From positions 480,001 to 544,000 of the forward strand of contig CAVSBL010000002.1 in assembly GCA_963726255.1 (NCBI GenBank): a stretch of DNA of 64,000 nt, in the 5' to 3' direction. The notes under the pieces were generated by a model. It made no database searches, was not told the DNA's origin, and worked only from the letters and a program-made list of their open reading frames with translations. Position numbers and translations under genes: made by a program. The stretch is from Candidatus Bathyarchaeota archaeon. GTDB taxonomy: Archaea > Thermoproteota > Bathyarchaeia > 40CM-2-53-6. Below are positions 61,206 through 64,000 of the stretch, piece by piece. Positions within the stretch are counted from its first letter, which is position 1, and each line of letters opens with the position of its first letter.

Positions 61206-61952
61206 TTGTCAATGTTTGCTGTTCCAGGCGCTTACGACCGCGCAATCACTGTATTCTCGCCTGACGGGCGACTGTTTCAAGTCGAGTATGCATCTGAAAC
61301 CGTCAAGCGGGGCGCGACGGTTCTTGGCGTCGTCTGCCCTGAAGGGATCGTCCTAGCCGCAGAGGAAAGGCCCACCTCCAAGCTACAGGATCCGAACTTC
61401 ATGTGGAAGATCTTCCAAATCGACGAGCATGTGGGCGCTGCGGTTGCGGGTTTGAATTGCGACGCACATATCCTAGTCGATCAAGCAAGAGTTTACGCCC
61501 AATCGAACCGTTTACTGTACGACGAACCAATCGATATCGAAGTCCTGACGAGGCGAATTGGCGAGATAAAGCAACTCTACACACAACATGCCGGTGTCCG
61601 CCCATTCGGTCTTTCAATGCTTTTCGGAGGGTTGGACCGCAAGGGAAGCCGACTTTTCTGGACCGACCCCAGTGGGGCATTCTTTGCTTTCAAAGCTCTG
61701 GCGATCGGCGCCGGGGGAGATGCCGCAAACGAAATCCTCGAAGCGGAATACAAGGATACAATGAGCCTTGATGATGCAATCCTCCTTGCTATCAAGTGCA
61801 TGAGCAAAGTCCTGGAAGACAAGTTGGACGCGCAGAAACTTCGCATCGCCACTGTACCTGCAGCGACCAAGAAGTTTGCTAAAATGCCGCCGGAAGAAGT
61901 AGAGAAACATATCAAACGGCTGGATTCCTCGAAAAAGGCCGTTAGCCGATGA
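61206..61952 (+). CDS. psmA: proteasome alpha subunit
   Basis: YDRAITVFSPDGRLFQVEYA, GVRPFG and TDPSG. Confidence 0.97.
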   Translation: MSMFAVPGAYDRAITVFSPDGRLFQVEYASETVKRGATVLGVVCPEGIVLAAEERPTSKLQDPNFMWKIFQIDEHVGAAVAGLNCDAHILVDQARVYAQSNRLLYDEPIDIEVLTRRIGEIKQLYTQHAGVRPFGLSMLFGGLDRKGSRLFWTDPSGAFFAFKALAIGAGGDAANEILEAEYKDTMSLDDAILLAIKCMSKVLEDKLDAQKLRIATVPAATKKFAKMPPEEVEKHIKRLDSSKKAVSR

Positions 61953-62638
61953 GTGAAACATTCACTACGGCTCGAATTTCAAAAAGCGGGGAAAAGTTCG
62001 AAATCCTAGTAAAGCCTGAACCAGCTTTAGACTACAAAATGGGCAAGCCCGTCGGCCTATCGCAATTTCTCGTCATAGAAGAAATCTACAGCGACGCCGG
62101 AAAAGGAACGCGGGCATCCGCCGAGAAACTTGAGAAAGCCTTCGGCACAGTAGATCCGGTAAAGATCGCCGAAGAGATAATGAAACATGGTGAGCTCCAA
62201 CTCACAACGGACCAAAGGCGACAATTGGTTGAAGATAAGCGCAAACAGATAGTTGCTTTCATCAGTAGGAATTGCATAGACCCACGAACAGGAACGCCGC
62301 ACCCGCCAATAAGAATCGAACAAGCATTGGCTCAGGTCAAGTATTCAGTCGACCCTTTCAAGAGTGCGGATGAGCAGGCTAAGGATATCATTGAGGAACT
62401 TCGCACCCTCTTACCTATCAAAATGGAACAGATGCGGGTTGCGGTCAAGATACTCGCCGAATTTGCGCCTAAAGGTTACGGGGCTCTCAAGGGCTACGGA
62501 ACGATCTCCAAAGAACAATGGCAAGCCGACGGCGCACTAGTCGCCGTTGTCGAAATGCCTGCCGGAGTATACGGCCCGTTTATCGAGCGGCTCGGCAAGA
62601 TTACGCAGGGCACCATCCAATCGAAGGTGCTAAAGTAG
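61949..62638 (+). CDS. ribosome maturation factor SBDS/Sdo1
   Basis: GEKFEILV, AFGT, GELQLT and DPRT..PHPP.RIE. Confidence 0.95.
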   Translation: MSETFTTARISKSGEKFEILVKPEPALDYKMGKPVGLSQFLVIEEIYSDAGKGTRASAEKLEKAFGTVDPVKIAEEIMKHGELQLTTDQRRQLVEDKRKQIVAFISRNCIDPRTGTPHPPIRIEQALAQVKYSVDPFKSADEQAKDIIEELRTLLPIKMEQMRVAVKILAEFAPKGYGALKGYGTISKEQWQADGALVAVVEMPAGVYGPFIERLGKITQGTIQSKVLK

Positions 62639-62732
62639 AAGCCTAGACCTCGAAACGAAAGCTACGTAGCACAAGAAACAATTGTGCGAAAAAGCACCGG
62701 CAATCGTAACTTTCAGCGAACGGTTCACGCGG

Positions 62733-63536
62733 TCAGACAGGTTTGACCCTCCCGCTCCTTCGCCGGAACATAATGGCTACGAGGCCGAGAATCAACACTG
62801 CCGCCACTGCTGCCACGGTGAGGACAAGGCCATCGGATGATGGCGCAGAGCTAACACTACTGCTTTGAGCCAGCATGGTCGTCTCAATGTTCTGAATAGC
62901 GAATGTAGTGGTCGTTGCATAGGTCTGGGTTGTGCTTTGAATCGCCGTATTCAAAGTGTAAGCGGTGAAGCGGACAGGGTAGACTTCTCTACCCGCAAAA
63001 ACGAAAGCATACTGCCCACTCTGCGGCGCGGTCCAGTTCAAGTCTGATGAAGATGCGACTGTGCGAACCGGAGCAGGCCAGGACCCATTATTGCAGGCAT
63101 AGCTGTCGACATAGTCCAGCTGCCGGGGGCTCATTATGTAAAAGGAGATTATCTTCGGAGCGTCAAAGTGAAGGAACACTTGTTGTGACGCCACAGCGTC
63201 ATATACGAAGTACTCATAGTGGAGGCAAGTGTATACGTCAATTTCTAGACGCGGACTGTTCTTAGCTAAGTTGAGGACGTGACCGTGAACTTTCACCTTC
63301 GCCTGGTTAAGCAAGAATGAATTCGCCTGATAATTGTAGGTGGCTGGCGCTCCAACAAAACGTAGGGGCTGAGTCATCGTGGAGGTCACGACAGCCTGCG
63401 AAAATTCGCTGCCCGTTGACGTGACAAATATTGTGTTGGTCTCCGTTGAAGCGGTTTGATAAGGCACCAGTTGAGACACCAACAGGGGGCTAAGTGACGA
63501 AACAAGAAGCAGCACTATTACCAGGAGTTTTGCCAT
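62733..63536 (-). CDS. secreted or surface protein with C-terminal membrane anchor
   Basis: Signal peptide, Thr/Ser-rich linkers, a beta-rich domain, and a C-terminal TM followed by RRR. Confidence 0.7.
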   Translation of the reverse strand: MAKLLVIVLLLVSSLSPLLVSQLVPYQTASTETNTIFVTSTGSEFSQAVVTSTMTQPLRFVGAPATYNYQANSFLLNQAKVKVHGHVLNLAKNSPRLEIDVYTCLHYEYFVYDAVASQQVFLHFDAPKIISFYIMSPRQLDYVDSYACNNGSWPAPVRTVASSSDLNWTAPQSGQYAFVFAGREVYPVRFTAYTLNTAIQSTTQTYATTTTFAIQNIETTMLAQSSSVSSAPSSDGLVLTVAAVAAVLILGLVAIMFRRRSGRVKPV

Positions 63537-63699
63537 AAGCGTCCGGCCTGTTACGGACACCTGTCCGACCTTGCCTACATTAGTATATGCTTGAAGACCT
63601 AAGTGAAGGTGGGTTTTGTCAGCGGTTGAAATCTCCCTGAATCGTATAGCTGTCAAAATATTGGAGAATGCATATAGCTAGAAACTCTCGTAAGGCTCG

Positions 63700-64000
63700 A
63701 TGAAGGCAGCTCTCTTGAATTCAAGCAGCAAAGCTTGTTCAGGCCTCATGCTTATGTTGGCATTGTTATTTCTACTGATGACCGTCTCGGGAGTAGCAGC
63801 CGCACGCTGCCATGTTACGAATGTATCGTACGCCTACCCGCACCAAGCTGACCCCAACCAGCCAATCACGGTCGGTACAACCGTGAGTGGCTCGTGTACT
63901 TCGACTGGGATCGACTATTATTCACTGAGGGTTGACCTAGTAGACCAGGCGTCTAACTCCATCGCACGCAACAGCACGCCCATCGGTTACAACGCAAACA
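63700..64000 (+). CDS. secreted protein (partial, runs off the window)
   Basis: A signal-peptide-like stretch LMLALLFLLMTVSGVAA, then an open frame to the window end. Confidence 0.55.
   Translation, partial: MKAALLNSSSKACSGLMLMLALLFLLMTVSGVAAARCHVTNVSYAYPHQADPNQPITVGTTVSGSCTSTGIDYYSLRVDLVDQASNSIARNSTPIGYNAN

Noticed and set aside
1-64000. CRISPR array, rRNA, RNase P RNA or SRP RNA
   Set aside because: I saw no regularly spaced repeats or diagnostic motifs by eye. The many antisense ORFs in the track are shadows of real genes.

Overview
This is an archaeal chromosomal window, probably TACK and Bathyarchaeia-like. That placement is inferred from the short XPF, Spt4, F420H2:NADP reductase, DUF3194, a ClsN/Smc5-like SMC and multi-intron tRNA. 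About 22-64 kb is housekeeping: EF-2, FEN1, ligase, Dph6, AhcY, an ECF transporter, TFB, IleRS, KEOPS, ribosomal proteins, RNase P proteins, proteasome alpha and SBDS. About 0-21 kb is largely accessory: IS and nuclease remnants, Cdc48, an ArsR/GcvH/DGC/OsmC/FmdE/TauE redox-sulfur cluster, and a decayed Vsr-Dcm-MORC defence island that ends at a tRNA. The main result is a 29-nt intron in the EF-2 gene (24176-24204, minus strand). It folds into a clean bulge-helix-bulge (BHB) motif, and removing it restores the conserved IRNMGIIAHVDHGKTT G1 region, so this is a candidate tRNA-type intron in an essential protein-coding mRNA. About 1.1 kb from the EF-2 3' end, tRNA-Gly(CCC) carries three non-canonical BHB introns (3/4, 15/16, 45/46). 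Other notable items are an Smc5/6-like SMC-kleisin-KITE operon, a divergent TGT-fold protein, a box C/D sRNA candidate and several unannotated zinc-finger micro-ORFs. Four other broken genes are single-base deletions, probably sequencing errors, not introns. All calls come from reading the sequence by eye; no database searches were run.
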